This document shows, piece by piece, positions 24,901-30,684 of a DNA stretch of 64,000 nt. Under the pieces are notes generated by a model. The model did no database searches. It saw only the letters and a program-made list of their open reading frames with translations, and was not told where the DNA came from. Source of the DNA: a virus. The stretch spans positions 64,001 to 128,000 of the IMG/VR virus record IMGVR_UViG_3300035684_000001, one strand, 5' to 3'. Each line of letters begins with the position of its first letter. Position 1 is the first letter of the stretch. The position numbers were made by a program, and so were the translations under genes.

Positions 24901-25880
24901 CTGCTGGCTTAATTACAATCATCAAGGCAATTTCATTTACGCTAATTGGCGTAATTAAAACGCTAGGGTTTGTTTTCAAGGTTGTCTCGAAGATTGTTCA
25001 ATCGGTTGCAATTGTCGGTACAGTGATCGCCGGAACAGTCGCGACTTTAGCCTTGATAGCAAATTTTGGTGTCGTGCTTGCTGGGATAACAGGAGCTCTT
25101 GGGGCGATCGGTACTGCTGTATCGGGAGTTGGCAGTGCCTTGATGGCGATCGGAGGCGTATTTGTCACAGTTGTCATTCCAGTCATTATGGGCGGCATTG
25201 GGGCTATAATTGCAGGTATTTCTGCTGCGGTGGTTGCAGCGTCACCTTTCTTGGCGATAATTCTTGGAGTTGTGGCGATCGGGTGGGTTTTGAAAGAAAC
25301 TTTCGTTGTAGTTGGAGGTGCTATTACTAGAGTTTTCCAAGGAATTTGGAACTTAATTCAGTGGGTTGTCACTAATTCAATGGGGATTCTAGCTAATATC
25401 CCCTTCGTTGGCGGATTGTTTGCTCCTTCATTGCGGAGTCAACCTTTACCGAGCCACCCACTACAGGTTCAGCCAGTACAGCGTTATGCGGTCGGTGGTT
25501 TGATATCGGGTCCGGGAACATCTACAGGCGATCGCGTTCCTATTTTGGCTTCACCTGGGGAGTATGTTATCAACGCTGCTGCTACGCGATCAAACCTACC
25601 GTTGTTGGAATCGATTAATCAGGGCGATCGGGTAGAAGCTTCTAACCTCCGCGCATTGCCCGTTCCCGCAACTCCAATTCCCCTTCCCCCTGTTGCATCT
25701 TCGCAGGCGACAGAGTATAACGTTCAATTAATTTTTGGAGATATTATAGTACAGGGTGCAAATCCAGGTTTTGCAGCAGAAGAATTATTACGCGAACTCA
25801 TGAAGCATTTGGAATCACCGCAAGCACAAAGAGTTATTCGCAATCAATTGCGCGATATTGTTGAAAAAGCGAAGCAATAA
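6921..25880 (+). CDS. Giant phage tail tape-measure protein (TP901/PhageMin_Tail core), ~6,300 aa
   Basis: TP901-type core (FDDKMSAVAAIS..AKLLGATTRFTAGEAADAEKYLAAAGF..GVPATLDLASAG..MENNLAGSFRSLGSAFE), long amphipathic and Trp-periodic helices, and C-terminal YAVGGLISGPGTSTGDRVPILASPGEYVINAAA. True start is more likely TTG 7005 or ATG 7080 than 6921. Confidence 0.93.
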   Translation: MVQFNETNISRYAGHPTQWGGFCCLGGILEESLDRYGLVGQFNFLVADGSFSSMKSVVKHLSNMEKAVADASKSVDSNGLAGQFKSAARSLDTSSGNMAKSLQPLKAEFRVLKATAANIDFGDVLDDRQFKKATTAVNTYVKNLKELRKQVQGETAAEREFTEVLKRQQRVIKDKLALHDAERKAAFFSQRKGEFGALQQVGNIALNPLKQAGKEAIQVFAGFDDKMSAVAAISRSTGKDLDRLRGKAKLLGATTRFTAGEAADAEKYLAAAGFNAQQIFAGVPATLDLASAGQLGLAESADIASNVLSGMRMGVSDLGHITDVMALSAASANTNIQQLGVAMSYAAPNAALFGAGIEETSALIGVMSNAGIQSDKAGTAARGAFLKLAAPTVRGRMALIQYGISLTDTSGKMRNIVDVMQDIGTNLQLDPASLDSIIQAGDDVEKLGQLAQSKQISALKDIFGTTGISGASAAISQMQEFTRLSLAGRGSSFAIEDYEKLFKSQGIDKLATDKDVFASLLREAGSYQDALQKLDAATIALVKSNEYLGNLSSTQLSQLSGYFQIPEGENLFDAILATAPDANAAVSKLTSAMGELGIEFKGKSGAAKTMAQVMENNLAGSFRSLGSAFEAVQVNLIEPIAPIVRAISDTLTKLLLAIANLPSPIRGLIAGVGVLTAGFAAVSVAVGTVGVVLFGFSQAAATATAAGIALQASVIPLTGFFPAAMAAFEGTASNPFKTASFAAEAFSDTIASTSKDVNLGLNGIARNIAVVSRSLISMSVSFALSPMGIAIASFLALNAILQQINPEINLLGTIFSAVSSIAGFAVGIIQGFGEALLAALDVPTSVAGSMLTAPFAAVSSAIEYATVAFETWRKSGRAIGVDIFKFVAQPFQLAGRAIETSWNFTLNYIKGLLTPFAGFVARIGKLLQGGLAEASPGPTYMIREKWDYTIAFLEKLFTRIRNAAGLVNRAFLGIGSVTESSKMEAQQQILQGAINLVTNSVKKLSVIGGTITQIQQFERSIIDGVRENFDFLSFTLLTLSSLPLTLLAQLEEGAALIVPELAFIIGEGIPRAFLYAMPGLVAIATSTGLIQGIERGFMGAIDAIPEFLERISDKIYNSLSVGMKQKLNQGLSEGLTSFARSMPAIFPGGVAINVDIDKSYLAIKDFIRGPLVGLIAYLHRVGDLSKEIGKEIYAGIEPILSFNPFTFFPLFSALPPLIPLVTAILPMEKALVSLAKSPSVQGIMGFLTGTVLPAALRTIAAISSLVIFTFNAIVTLPVLAVLQEVISRLTPITEILRAIALNAQSVAAAVGRSLLLAVDRAVIGIAALILEIPYIGKHLSAAFLVGTKALGGFFQLIAASAPRYLNLLLRFFPTKQLVALFSSYRKIFTDLMSGVVYAFREGLNPVSNILMKALNPAAAFKFLAFYIRTKGLAGIIKKGGFGGLSQIFNLANYINPIDIALGLNKSLNEVARLVSGSAVPLDFISRKQAEIFQVLATPAARRLAEREKRLVSLVEILESASGPMKVFIKLVQGLMMVSPIVQIVSRLGLTMLFWYNILKPVNKEMLDAIANTRLLGVSLMPVAKVLEVMRFVVVDLGEILFRFLKAIPGMAATVMDVFDKLGTGIGVTIHEIVGVSSILANVFKFSVINPLAGILLAVIAVADGTLIAVLATFKLIRLKTQQYGDAITALLRGNFVPLVKQIFSDLFGVINFGFQQTAMRAVSAISYLGKTVGTIVGASAAEIVRLIRDPIGEITRLTELSVKSLAAATAGVMVYVRQLQLDKLIRFAADFWPEILAVASVLGRIYGLLSPIQFAIVGLIELGGFLSYEYATGFQNLDKIITALQHPIDALNMAMQGIAGFLGLYISPDLTGFIGNLAEQFVKFLPVIGSGVFAIALLLTRNIGGAFQMISNNVLLFIGRILQVSEAIAGVGDRVRQVASSANIQVGLSEVANKVRRRSTVAGIANPLAYSQDFQTQQQATFLGDQRVAKSKAALRYQKELAKAQQQEQALSERALISEVKRGTDFGKGLADAERRYYLKDKNGITEGVSGAAVEKRRNRFGIEQYQVTDIGRQLLKMSGQGGENVKAGRGLQFENIRREAAKRSGLDAEFSRFGNAPSNEELVKLAGGKNVAIDLLTNFQKAMANLHVEDIKAEYLYVSKSKLPQVSKDKPDSERAFDIQVQRFKDKGNKDIGINSVASSSEIRKEMEAAKKATVNASTAFYSRLNAILAKVKTSPTDSSPSSKMFNPEADTQNYADRLKAAKAVDKQRPQGEFERTLADIIHTINERQTKMIVQTVTGFNNFEEANKQAARELQESSGRSRQVAIGFGEVAVQGVRNLGHSMQESSNLLEGQVASTRNSLVRTLFGWTGIPKILEAMRFDKTIAIQARIVQARTERIARSEATAALVLKRARERGLDALVKNNPEHANLDLLLVKMRQPENKQLYQFFNQFMETGKYQREATGNEITQLTEMLKASFGEKRPEFQGVDNLKTFLDRLKSAPDLNKEDIQKLRRYLTHGTGDRGKQLKENEFEALAKQLTNAGIGGENELLDLRTALRRDESLATVFDQYLLTGKFVLKASQEQQNQIAGFLGLSSSRELKNIDQIKLKNPLEQLKVNVRVYLESIDAGFERFNRSTISQIDSLESKLIKIPFMSVEMAENIVRPLRNFYAGIYRSALSAKDSSIKLAGDLYNAAEASVKGSKFVQRIEKLNKDFRIAQRNSLQHMMTEGREKAPKTHYQFMGQMFAELTKTDIKDRQVQDKILQSILKDQKDSEGNNISIKDRLLKLGMGDRIENITKALGKALDVNEARVREIVENPDYTAKSVAPYQFFLAKAFPDLIKNFTGGVTLLAAKSGAGGLIKKIVADISPALGKPVLIGLSNVIDRARIAMSVGTNRIAREVEGLIGTNPFSNFLNNFSRFLARSGDSLSKFFVDRANGFDAERAKSWTVKIVDKAGELFKTVAGVLVQAGNQAKSQQGGILGAIGNLFSGVKKFFSNVFGNKDIAKLQKQKEAAERLAQSEGDSRLGLAAKRRAATLGDRIEYTKQFNSPASKAKAALFGLAELLKTASQKVGQGADALNAQSRQAAIPQSETTIREASRGGRRHYRSLERRGLIDSADVSIDSGMAEYASNILPLTEKISASILKGASSAARGISTYFQGAATRTETAWQEATNRITGNNWWTMVKRAAWAGVKIVTSLNHRASDVTSAAWENTEHSTAANMNQMAQVAAGTGAEIAQDMQRAAQVTQQSIAHIPQVAEQATTKSVGFFHKLVGAMGGVGKAGMAVGGAVTAAGFAAQTAFFSLQNMGFIDEATGQSLYKVTELFTLVGAVGGLAAPVLTALGASFGAIVSISGATIAGLTGIGGAIAGAMGVAALPLAPLIAGVAAIGLAAGGLYLAFKNNFLGIGNLARSTGDMLSQALSAPISFITAAWQRFIDAFGGKLMAIIQPALNVAQGLINALNHNPTEKIPTAWEGAVASITGLIQGMVAPAKGVGEEMSEVLQADDAKQRRKTEFINSIALGATGEKQKLSWQENLQIGFGKVVAALTSVLSPLDSVGKKLDIQAQLLHAQIRQQQTAQAQTLWRFATNKERNKNLATRIEGMLQRRFSREAPQQLSHSARTMGGFVPRSGTTATAPPMLGALQQSGAGKGISKFGSLLKPIFGLGMLGEVGTLMLGIGGITTALSVLTLAFTTDFADIRTKTVKLTTAIGHLFSGAVQTIQRAWTGFVHWFLDMPLVDTALEMALGLIDALNHNPTEKIPAAWEGAVERISGAINWLITPAKEVAGILTGVFSPVSDFFSSKAKQANLVVSQGKEAVVNTKNSLTNTYAGMEGFFTQGSRAIESELHLHGQIFLSIVSTLNNIASYTKSLLSLLDKTQEETRSSAVAQAPDLGKSSVLAQRKYQIGFGLKGEGWKKRTEQSRQKDISNDLGQQKRGWNLFDRVHIPDFIEIRNVFDKESAFRTQIQAQMQKEELKIADTILQGLNSKSLSSQAEYAGLATKITVQKKGLGGLLGQTEDVYKINQAGQKYIEEQLAASAKNQEGMFSNARLSATAASVGAKIPDQSLLDKALIGQDSLNDAIKIAPGQPGKSQQILQLESINSILAEILTVIIGLQPASVQIPSKQVIAEPPREKLLPLEVKETSSAQKFFGFLSQSIKENAPKITNSIQGTVKSGIDKTKDFISSRKQAFIEKKTYLAAKAGAGIFGGTVPKTPDAVGVTGTIGFGDLGASSTNAAWANTASAITANINSLVQPAEDSGYELQKAVSEGSPGPTYWIRHYWEKTVGAIAGWMGDIQSTAQETGSVLRGSLTNSASKILLSPPKNDLKSQAIRSASFFMLAVGDRYQYLADRGIGSASILFAPGMEYVTSSLSQLGEDLVDFTGRSARALLTLNFVELGDAAHDFFGNFKYGVGGVLSGFSSMSLSAIAFGLFSLSGISPLLLVLGGVAFTAAVIVANFLGIRTILTGLIKIGIGAGKILAGVLWGLVEAASAFKTIALGILPALKGDFTLIQDGFRRLGFAFENFQRSASDGLKTIAQGSIQILQGFGEALEQIFRPLGFTIKQTTESIQNFFSAFRSGEQAGEMVASILIAAVKSFTNAIGFAIDSIKKHFPVIKQLLVEQLDLGVQSIKDKIFQVQEAIKNFTFKDAITSISQLFGSIDGSVESVPDRIKRLAPGITEALTAPLRYVGDFWRSFFNTILAELPPEIVATIQKGFGDAISAVEPTFRQILKTLNIEEYFDRAIVKVQTSWQHLKNWLGQSNLFQVVGDRLREAFKPENLSQAFLSTINILEAAWSKFVGWMSATNLFDWLFALLLKVGSEFTLFGDLLREKWSDVQKLLASGQVFQGFFEGMKDLGSKLTTWALEIGLKFEIPAIQDLFVKIALLGENLSNTTAFIREKWNKLSVWLAETPLIPGALDFLVALGTKFGETISWIKSEWPNFITFLTSADLFANISAKMKSFGESIPSLFEEIKGQVAKIIPSMNGAIGSIQVQWQRLTEFLNKKGLFTRVFAGLSEALNEKGLFTRIFTGIQDIPIALGKVADWIKEKWQKFAVEFQTILTPIVDFAKWLGQTLINLLNHSPTVKIPEAWKEAVTKITNSLLALIAPASWVASQIIEKFNLDAVKNGFKSLTGFISNFATSLFSEVQQPLTDLIGIVVSASKSVIDFGKTLFDIAKAVNSGAIASDEMTSKLTGVSSAVRHLGEFLGVILRSLGQFSQGLTSAGDDADRASSAGKGLGQVVGKMLAGIVSFSTTVLPPLFKVLWVFTQIGIEISAFALKFVWAFRFVLDWPSRVMTAVLGLYNAVMRFVALLSSFSRKSKEVFVGLQEGFASFKTQLAGVALTASEIASSFLGFAKDIGTFGSKMGSVIAEILIGLKDVGVALFKLGLDVSLPFDIFSVFKGIPDIISSIGALGSNATELKGRLISELGELGAAITQFLEQPLKAVGAIWEKTGGKIVGAIAGIGRKAKQTGQQLQGDLSEASPGPTYWIRKNWLNTTETIQSQLSDLALSAKIEGNAIYKFLDRSLTALSPSKIAEAGEALGGLKFDARLAMSNVGRNPKVDTQSNLHVITARQLRLNELYKQGTIDSKVYTQGLKNLESAHKRVTQAVEQDTAARKQAGESVRSLSLSIGSALSNIAPQLATPIFMFNDLVTAFLDIRTAIPGMRAFYAANAASSVAADSAISASALTKAGIVGGANGAIAASYGFVAGAAKLAYRSMIVPLLPFLPLILGISSAIFLLYRAYKDNIGDIQGVMENAKNSLGNFGSWILESISSVASGIVGMIAGVLGPLIEVSKFAFTVFGVFVESLLKIGAALAVFSFLGQIGSLFVSAGAFVTGLGLAIVEFSTIAGSVAAVFSGVLVPVILSGLSAIFAAAAAVITPFLPLIPLILGIVTVGWVLGKVFNFVGSIIGGVFGGIWNSSTEVVGTLFQEISNVWSALADLGDQIVQPFAQAFGAIASIFGGVDGNISGVASTIIHVLLIPVKLLAAGLITIIKAISFTLIGVIKTLGFVFKVVSKIVQSVAIVGTVIAGTVATLALIANFGVVLAGITGALGAIGTAVSGVGSALMAIGGVFVTVVIPVIMGGIGAIIAGISAAVVAASPFLAIILGVVAIGWVLKETFVVVGGAITRVFQGIWNLIQWVVTNSMGILANIPFVGGLFAPSLRSQPLPSHPLQVQPVQRYAVGGLISGPGTSTGDRVPILASPGEYVINAAATRSNLPLLESINQGDRVEASNLRALPVPATPIPLPPVASSQATEYNVQLIFGDIIVQGANPGFAAEELLRELMKHLESPQAQRVIRNQLRDIVEKAKQ
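6961..6993 (+). terminator. Hairpin plus U-tract immediately upstream of the tape-measure gene
   Basis: GCCACCCCA-cccaa-TGGGGCGGC followed by TTTTGTTGTTT. Confidence 0.45.
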
Positions 25881-25946
25881 AATACGCAATCGTGTGTTAT
25901 TATTAACAGACGACACAAAACAAATTTTGGATTAAAACGTAAAATT

Positions 25947-26237
25947 ATGGCGGTCAAAAAAGAAATCAAGTATCAAATAGCATTCCCGGAATACATTCCG
26001 GAAAGTGCGGTACACTTAATGCCTAAAAAAGAATTGTGGGGCATTGACAAACGATGTGGAACTCATGCTACTAGAATTGCTGCCATCAGAAGTCAATTAC
26101 CAGACTATGCAGGCTTTTCGGATGAACAGGTTAAATACCATTATCAATGTATTTATCGAAACCTCAGACACTGGAAAGTCGTAAAAGCTGATAGTCTTCC
26201 AGACTTAGCAGTTGTTCGACAAAGTTTTAAAGAATGA
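25947..26237 (+). CDS. Hypothetical protein
   Basis: 96-aa ATG ORF after an AT-rich promoter-like gap. Confidence 0.6.
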   Translation: MAVKKEIKYQIAFPEYIPESAVHLMPKKELWGIDKRCGTHATRIAAIRSQLPDYAGFSDEQVKYHYQCIYRNLRHWKVVKADSLPDLAVVRQSFKE

Positions 26238-26320
26238 GTTTAATTACGATAAAACTTGCTAAAGTCGTGTGCAAACTGTGCTACAATTAGGTTTAAACAC
26301 AAATCAAGCAATGTTAAATC

Positions 26321-26740
26321 ATGCAATATACTTTGATTTCATCACATAAAACTGTGTGCAAAAATAGGCGGGAAAGAATCGAATTTGTAGAAAAGTTTCT
26401 CGATCTACCAAAAAATGAATTTGGTGGCACTACTTACTGGCCGATTTTTTGCTCCCACGGGGGAGGATATGTCGAACCAAAAGAAAATCAAAGCTCAATA
26501 AGCTATTACTACGAAGAAGAAATTCTTCGTCGCGAAAAATTGCCTGTTTGTGGTTCCCATCCGGGAACAATGGAGTTCATTTTTTGGAAAACGAAAAGAT
26601 TTACTTTTACTGCAAATGAAGTCATGGTAGAAGAGGCTGAGTCTTCTAGCCATATAGATGGAACAGATCAAGATTTTCCCAATACAAGTTCTGATTCTTT
26701 TGGAAACCAAGGTTTTGGTCGCTGGAATGATAATAGATAG
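26321..26740 (+). CDS. Hypothetical protein
   Basis: 139-aa ATG ORF preceded by TGTGCTACAAT (extended -10) and an AAACACAAA leader. Confidence 0.6.
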   Translation: MQYTLISSHKTVCKNRRERIEFVEKFLDLPKNEFGGTTYWPIFCSHGGGYVEPKENQSSISYYYEEEILRREKLPVCGSHPGTMEFIFWKTKRFTFTANEVMVEEAESSSHIDGTDQDFPNTSSDSFGNQGFGRWNDNR

Positions 26741-26979
26741 CACCGGAATGTGGAACTGGGATTAAAGTTTAAACAAAAAGCCCAACAGCCAATAACTGTT
26801 TGGCTTTTTGTTTGTGTACTTAATGTTGAATATCCTTTCTATATTTCTGTTACGTGCAAACCGATCGCCCAATCAAGGTGCAACTTTCCTCCACGTCCTA
26901 TAAATGCTTACATAGAAAAAATTACAAGTATTTTACCTCCCGAAAAACTACCAGTTCTCTCTCTATCAAAAAACGTATA

Positions 26980-27022
26980 CAAAAAGCGATGTAAATTAAA
27001 AATATAATTGCATCGCTTTTTG
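26980..27022. terminator. Bidirectional terminator-like inverted repeat
   Basis: CAAAAAGCGATG...CATCGCTTTTTG between convergent ORFs. Confidence 0.6.
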
Positions 27023-27126
27023 CAGCTTCTTTAGTTAGACTATTGAATTTGAAAATTGCCTACCTTTCTAACACTTCTTTGTTGTTTTTTGTGTTTTTTT
27101 GCCAAATACCTCGTCAAAAATATCAT

Positions 27127-27310
27127 CTATTTCTTTTGTGAGATATTTAAAAAAGCATCTTGAACTGGATTTTGAACCGATCGCCCGTATTCCAAATCAA
27201 AAAACTCATCTTCTGGAAAGTTTTCTTTAAATCGCGCTATTTGTTCTGGGGTCAATCGTCCATCTTTAAATTCAGTAGCAAGTTCTTCGCCAGCTTGTTT
27301 CCACTGATAA
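27127..27310 (-). pseudogene. Probable 3' remnant of a minus-strand gene
   Basis: Protein-like C-terminal part (QWKQAGEELATEFKDGRLTPEQIARFKENFPEDEFFDLEY). It has no ATG, and its upstream part runs into the promoter of the opposite-strand gene. Confidence 0.3.
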
Positions 27311-27320
27311 TGTGTTAAAT

Positions 27321-27359
27321 GTGTTACAATAAGTATAATTCTAAACACAAACGACAATG
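27321..27359 (+). promoter_or_regulatory. Extended -10 promoter plus A/C-rich leader (type example of a recurrent motif)
   Basis: TGTGTTACAAT...TAAACACAAACGACAATG; related copies near 26278, 28178, 44103 and, on the minus strand, near 49223-49262. Confidence 0.6.
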
Positions 27360-27899
27360 AAAAAACAAATAGCAGCCTGTTTTCAAATTTCCGCCTACTC
27401 GGAAAAAACAAGAGAACAAATTGCTGAACGTATTCGCAATACCATCAAAGACTTAGACAAACCTTCCGATCCGATCGTAGAAGATTGGACAGGAGTAGAC
27501 CAAGAATGGCCACCAGAGCCAGAAGTCTATATCTTCTTCGACATGGAAGAAGAAGATGAAGTAGATGATAAAGGAATCCCGCTAAAAATCCTAAATGCGA
27601 TCGCGGGCGAAAATGTTTTTTTGTGGATGGGAGATGCCCCATCGTCTGAAGGTACTGTTCTTTTAGAAGCGAAACATCCAGAGAATGTCGAACAACACAT
27701 TCAATGGGTTGGTGTTTCGATAGATATGTACCAGCACACTTACATTGCCTGGAAAGCACACCCCTGTGCAGAGAAATACAAATGTAGCACGTCAGGGTGT
27801 CAAAAATTCGGAGAATGGTACTCGCTCCCGAAAAGTTTTGTTGAACTGACACGACCTGAGTGTCCGTCGTGCAATAAATTAGGCACAAAAATATCCTAA
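27357..27899 (+). CDS. Hypothetical protein with C-terminal Cys4 zinc-ribbon-like motif (MKKQIAA copy 1)
   Basis: 180 aa with CSTSGC...CPSC; paralog of 28221. Confidence 0.75.
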   Translation: MKKQIAACFQISAYSEKTREQIAERIRNTIKDLDKPSDPIVEDWTGVDQEWPPEPEVYIFFDMEEEDEVDDKGIPLKILNAIAGENVFLWMGDAPSSEGTVLLEAKHPENVEQHIQWVGVSIDMYQHTYIAWKAHPCAEKYKCSTSGCQKFGEWYSLPKSFVELTRPECPSCNKLGTKIS

Positions 27900-28220
27900 T
27901 TAATTACCAAGCCTCGCACAATTTTAAACTTAAGTGAGGTTTTGATCTAAAAAAACAGCATTTTAAATTTATTGTTTAAGGTGCTGTTTTTTGTTTAAAT
28001 ATAAATCTCAACAATCGCCCGCTTATAAATTTAAATTTATTCCAAAATGCGCCCCCAGCCTAAAAACCGGGTGGCGCATTTTGCGTTGAGCCGAAAATCA
28101 AATTAAGAGGCAGGTATTGGCTGAATCGTAGGGGGTAGTTCGATTGTAGGTATTGAGTCGGCAGCAGCGGTTTGAAATGTGTTATAATAAAATATATAGT
28201 TGAAGTAAACACAAACGATA

Positions 28221-28742
28221 ATGAAAAAACAAATAGCAGCAGCTTGCCAAATCTCTGTCTACTCTGAATCTAAGGCAGAAGAAATAGCTAGTCGTCTTTG
28301 CAACACAATCACAGACTCAGGAAAACCATGTAATCCTATCGTAGAAGACTGGACGGGGGATGATACAAGTTGGCCACCAGAGCCCGAAGTCTACATCTTT
28401 TTCTGTATACAGGAAGAATGTGATGTGGATAATCGGGGAATCCCCGTAAAGATCCTAAATGCGATCACAGATGAAAATGTTAGCTTACGGATGGAGGAAG
28501 ATTTCTTGCTTGAAGCAAAACGTCCAGAAAGTATTGAGCAGCACTTTGAATGGGTGGGTGTTACTATCAATGAATATCAATCGATATACGCCAATCGAAA
28601 ATTCCATCCTGATGCGGAGCAATATAAACGCAACGTACCCAAATGGGAAAAATGGAACACCTAATGTTTGCTACCAAGAAACTTTAAATTTGCAGGATCA
28701 AAATGCTCGTCCTGCAACAAATTAGAGCAAAAAATATCCTGA
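28221..28742 (+). pseudogene. MKKQIAA copy 2 with premature in-frame TAA
   Basis: The ORF stops at TAA 28662-28664, but the same frame continues CLLPRNFKFAGSKCSSCNKLEQKIS*, matching the copy 1 C-terminus CPSCNKLGTKIS*. Confidence 0.75.
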
Positions 28743-28961
28743 TTAATTACTAAACCTCGCACAATTTTAACATTACGTGAGGTTTAGCTTACTAAAAGCA
28801 GCATCTTAAATTCATTATTTAGGATGTTGCTTTTTTGTTGCTTGAATGTGTGTCTTGACGATCACCCCTTATAAAAAAACATAGATTTAGCCTACTTATT
28901 GCAAAATGCGCCACCCAGCTTTTAGGCTGGGGGCGCATTTTGCTTTGAGCCGAAAATGAAA

Positions 28962-29363
28962 TTAAGAGGCAGGTGTTGGCTGAATCGTAGGGAGTGGTTC
29001 GATTCTAGGTATTGAGTCGGCAGTAGCGGTTGGAGTAGCGGTTGGCTCTACATTAGCAACTGGTTGGGCTGGAATCTCGGATGCTGTTGGGTCTTCAACA
29101 ACAGTTGCCGTAAGTTTTTCGTTCATTGTGGCAATAGTAGCGCTGAACGTCCTCAGAGAAGCTACTAAAGCCTCTTCATCTTGTGCTTGCTTTGCATCTT
29201 CAGCCAGCTCTGTGCCTTTCAGGGAGTCAATTTCCGCTCGCTGCGATTTTATTAAACCAATCGCTTGTTCAATCGCCGGAGCAAAAACGTTCAATCCAGT
29301 GATTAGTTCTTGTACTTCTTGGAATACTTGTTGCATCTGAGTTTGCCTTATACTGGTTGCCAA
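28962..29363 (-). CDS. Hypothetical coiled-coil protein with Pro/Thr-rich tail
   Basis: 133-aa ORF; heptad-like N-terminal half and PTATPTAT-type tail. Confidence 0.65.
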   Translation of the reverse strand: MATSIRQTQMQQVFQEVQELITGLNVFAPAIEQAIGLIKSQRAEIDSLKGTELAEDAKQAQDEEALVASLRTFSATIATMNEKLTATVVEDPTASEIPAQPVANVEPTATPTATADSIPRIEPLPTIQPTPAS

Positions 29364-29389
29364 TGTATTGTAAAAGAAAAAGCGGTTGA

Positions 29390-29782
29390 TTGCAAGTCAT
29401 GTATAACACAGAATCAGAGTTGATTTTTGCATTGAAACAATTGGCTGTTAAGCTCGATGAATTCAAAGCCTGGGCTGTTAGGCTAGATGTAGTTAAAGCT
29501 GCGGAAGTCGTAACAATCGCCCCGCCCGATAAACTTGATCGCGCGATCTCCGACCTAAAAATAGCCCTTGCGATTTCTGAAAAAATGCGATCGGATTGGG
29601 GGTTGCAAAAATTCAACGACAAAACGGTTACGGGGCGGTTGATGATTTTGGAGACAAAAATATTCGAGATTCCGCCACTGCTGATCCGATCGCGTCACCA
29701 TTTAAACGACGAGCTGGTTGAGTTGATTGGCTGGGATATTAAGGGCGATCAGCTGCGACTAACTTTTCGGATACTGAGTTAA
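29390..29782 (+). CDS. Hypothetical protein
   Basis: 130-aa ATG ORF, convergent with the response-regulator operon. Confidence 0.55.
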   Translation: MQVMYNTESELIFALKQLAVKLDEFKAWAVRLDVVKAAEVVTIAPPDKLDRAISDLKIALAISEKMRSDWGLQKFNDKTVTGRLMILETKIFEIPPLLIRSRHHLNDELVELIGWDIKGDQLRLTFRILS

Positions 29783-30684
29783 CGGAAGAGTTGTTCGATA
29801 ACAACCCTGATTTTATTTTGTATTTCAGGTAATTTGCTTGTCCATTTACTCCATAGCGAAGATGTGACAACAATTGTGGTAATAAAAGTAACAAATATCA
29901 TCTTTAGATTGTCAAAAACCATTTTATAGATTTCACTAAAAATAAATACACATAAATTACAAAACTTTTGATTGAGCTTAAGTAGCCAAATAGCTTTGCT
30001 TAATAGATTCAAAAGTTTAATATTTTTTTCTGTGCTTATAATTTTGAACTCCAATTGAAACTCGCTAAACTTTATATCTATAGTTTTGTAATTTTTTTCA
30101 ATTTCTGTAATTTGCTCTTTCAATTCATAAAGTAAGTTAAGTTGAGATTCTATAGCTTTAATATCGGTTGCTAGCGCCTGCAAGTTACTTGCTCCCGACA
30201 TTAGTAATATTCCGTCAAGTTGTTTTTCTACTCTACCGAGTCTTGCAAACAGCTCGTTAACGTAAATATTTTGTCGCAAGTTTAAATTATTTGACTCAAG
30301 GTTGGCGATCGCGTCTGGCAATGCGCTAGACTTTTGAACTAAATCTAACGCATTTTCTTTTGTTAGGCATTGATATCCTCTTTGTTTTATTTCTTGAACG
30401 AGAGCGGGATTTTTGTTTCCTGTTAGTACAACTATTTGAAGATCGGGAAAACCTTCTGCCTCTAGTGCGTCTAACGCTGCAAGGGGGTTGTCTGATTTTC
30501 TTACTAACCCTCCTAAGTCCAAAACAACACGCTTGATAGTATTATCAGCTTTTAAAATTTCTATCGCATCAGAAAGTTTTGTAGTAGAAGTAACTCCTTC
30601 AAAACCAGACTCTCGAAGAATTATTTCTGCAAATTCCCCATCGTTTGGGGAATCGTCTATTATCAATATTGGTGCGTTTGTCAT
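29779..30684 (-). CDS. Response regulator: REC domain + coiled coil + C-terminal transmembrane helix
   Basis: ILIIDDS, VVLDLG (phospho-Asp), VVLTG and LTKE are intact. A heptad region and the hydrophobic segment MIFVTFITTIVVTSSLW follow. ATGA overlap with the upstream regulator. Confidence 0.8.
   Translation of the reverse strand: MTNAPILIIDDSPNDGEFAEIILRESGFEGVTSTTKLSDAIEILKADNTIKRVVLDLGGLVRKSDNPLAALDALEAEGFPDLQIVVLTGNKNPALVQEIKQRGYQCLTKENALDLVQKSSALPDAIANLESNNLNLRQNIYVNELFARLGRVEKQLDGILLMSGASNLQALATDIKAIESQLNLLYELKEQITEIEKNYKTIDIKFSEFQLEFKIISTEKNIKLLNLLSKAIWLLKLNQKFCNLCVFIFSEIYKMVFDNLKMIFVTFITTIVVTSSLWSKWTSKLPEIQNKIRVVIEQLFR

Larger units (their letters stand above)
27310..29031. repeat. 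Diverged tandem duplication of an ~860-bp unit (copy 1 ~27310-28172, copy 2 ~28173-29031)
   Basis: Each copy has a TGTGTTA(C/T)AAT promoter, AAACACAAACGA.AATG leader, MKKQIAA gene, two hairpins and the 3' end of the 28962..29363 gene. Confidence 0.9.

Noticed and set aside
7359-25198. Many 60-200 aa ORFs on the opposite strand or in other frames within the TMP gene
   Set aside because: They are shadows of a long coding frame, with no motifs or RBS.
26750-27007. 85-aa ORF starting with GTG
   Set aside because: No RBS or motif, and its end runs through a terminator stem; not supportable as a gene.
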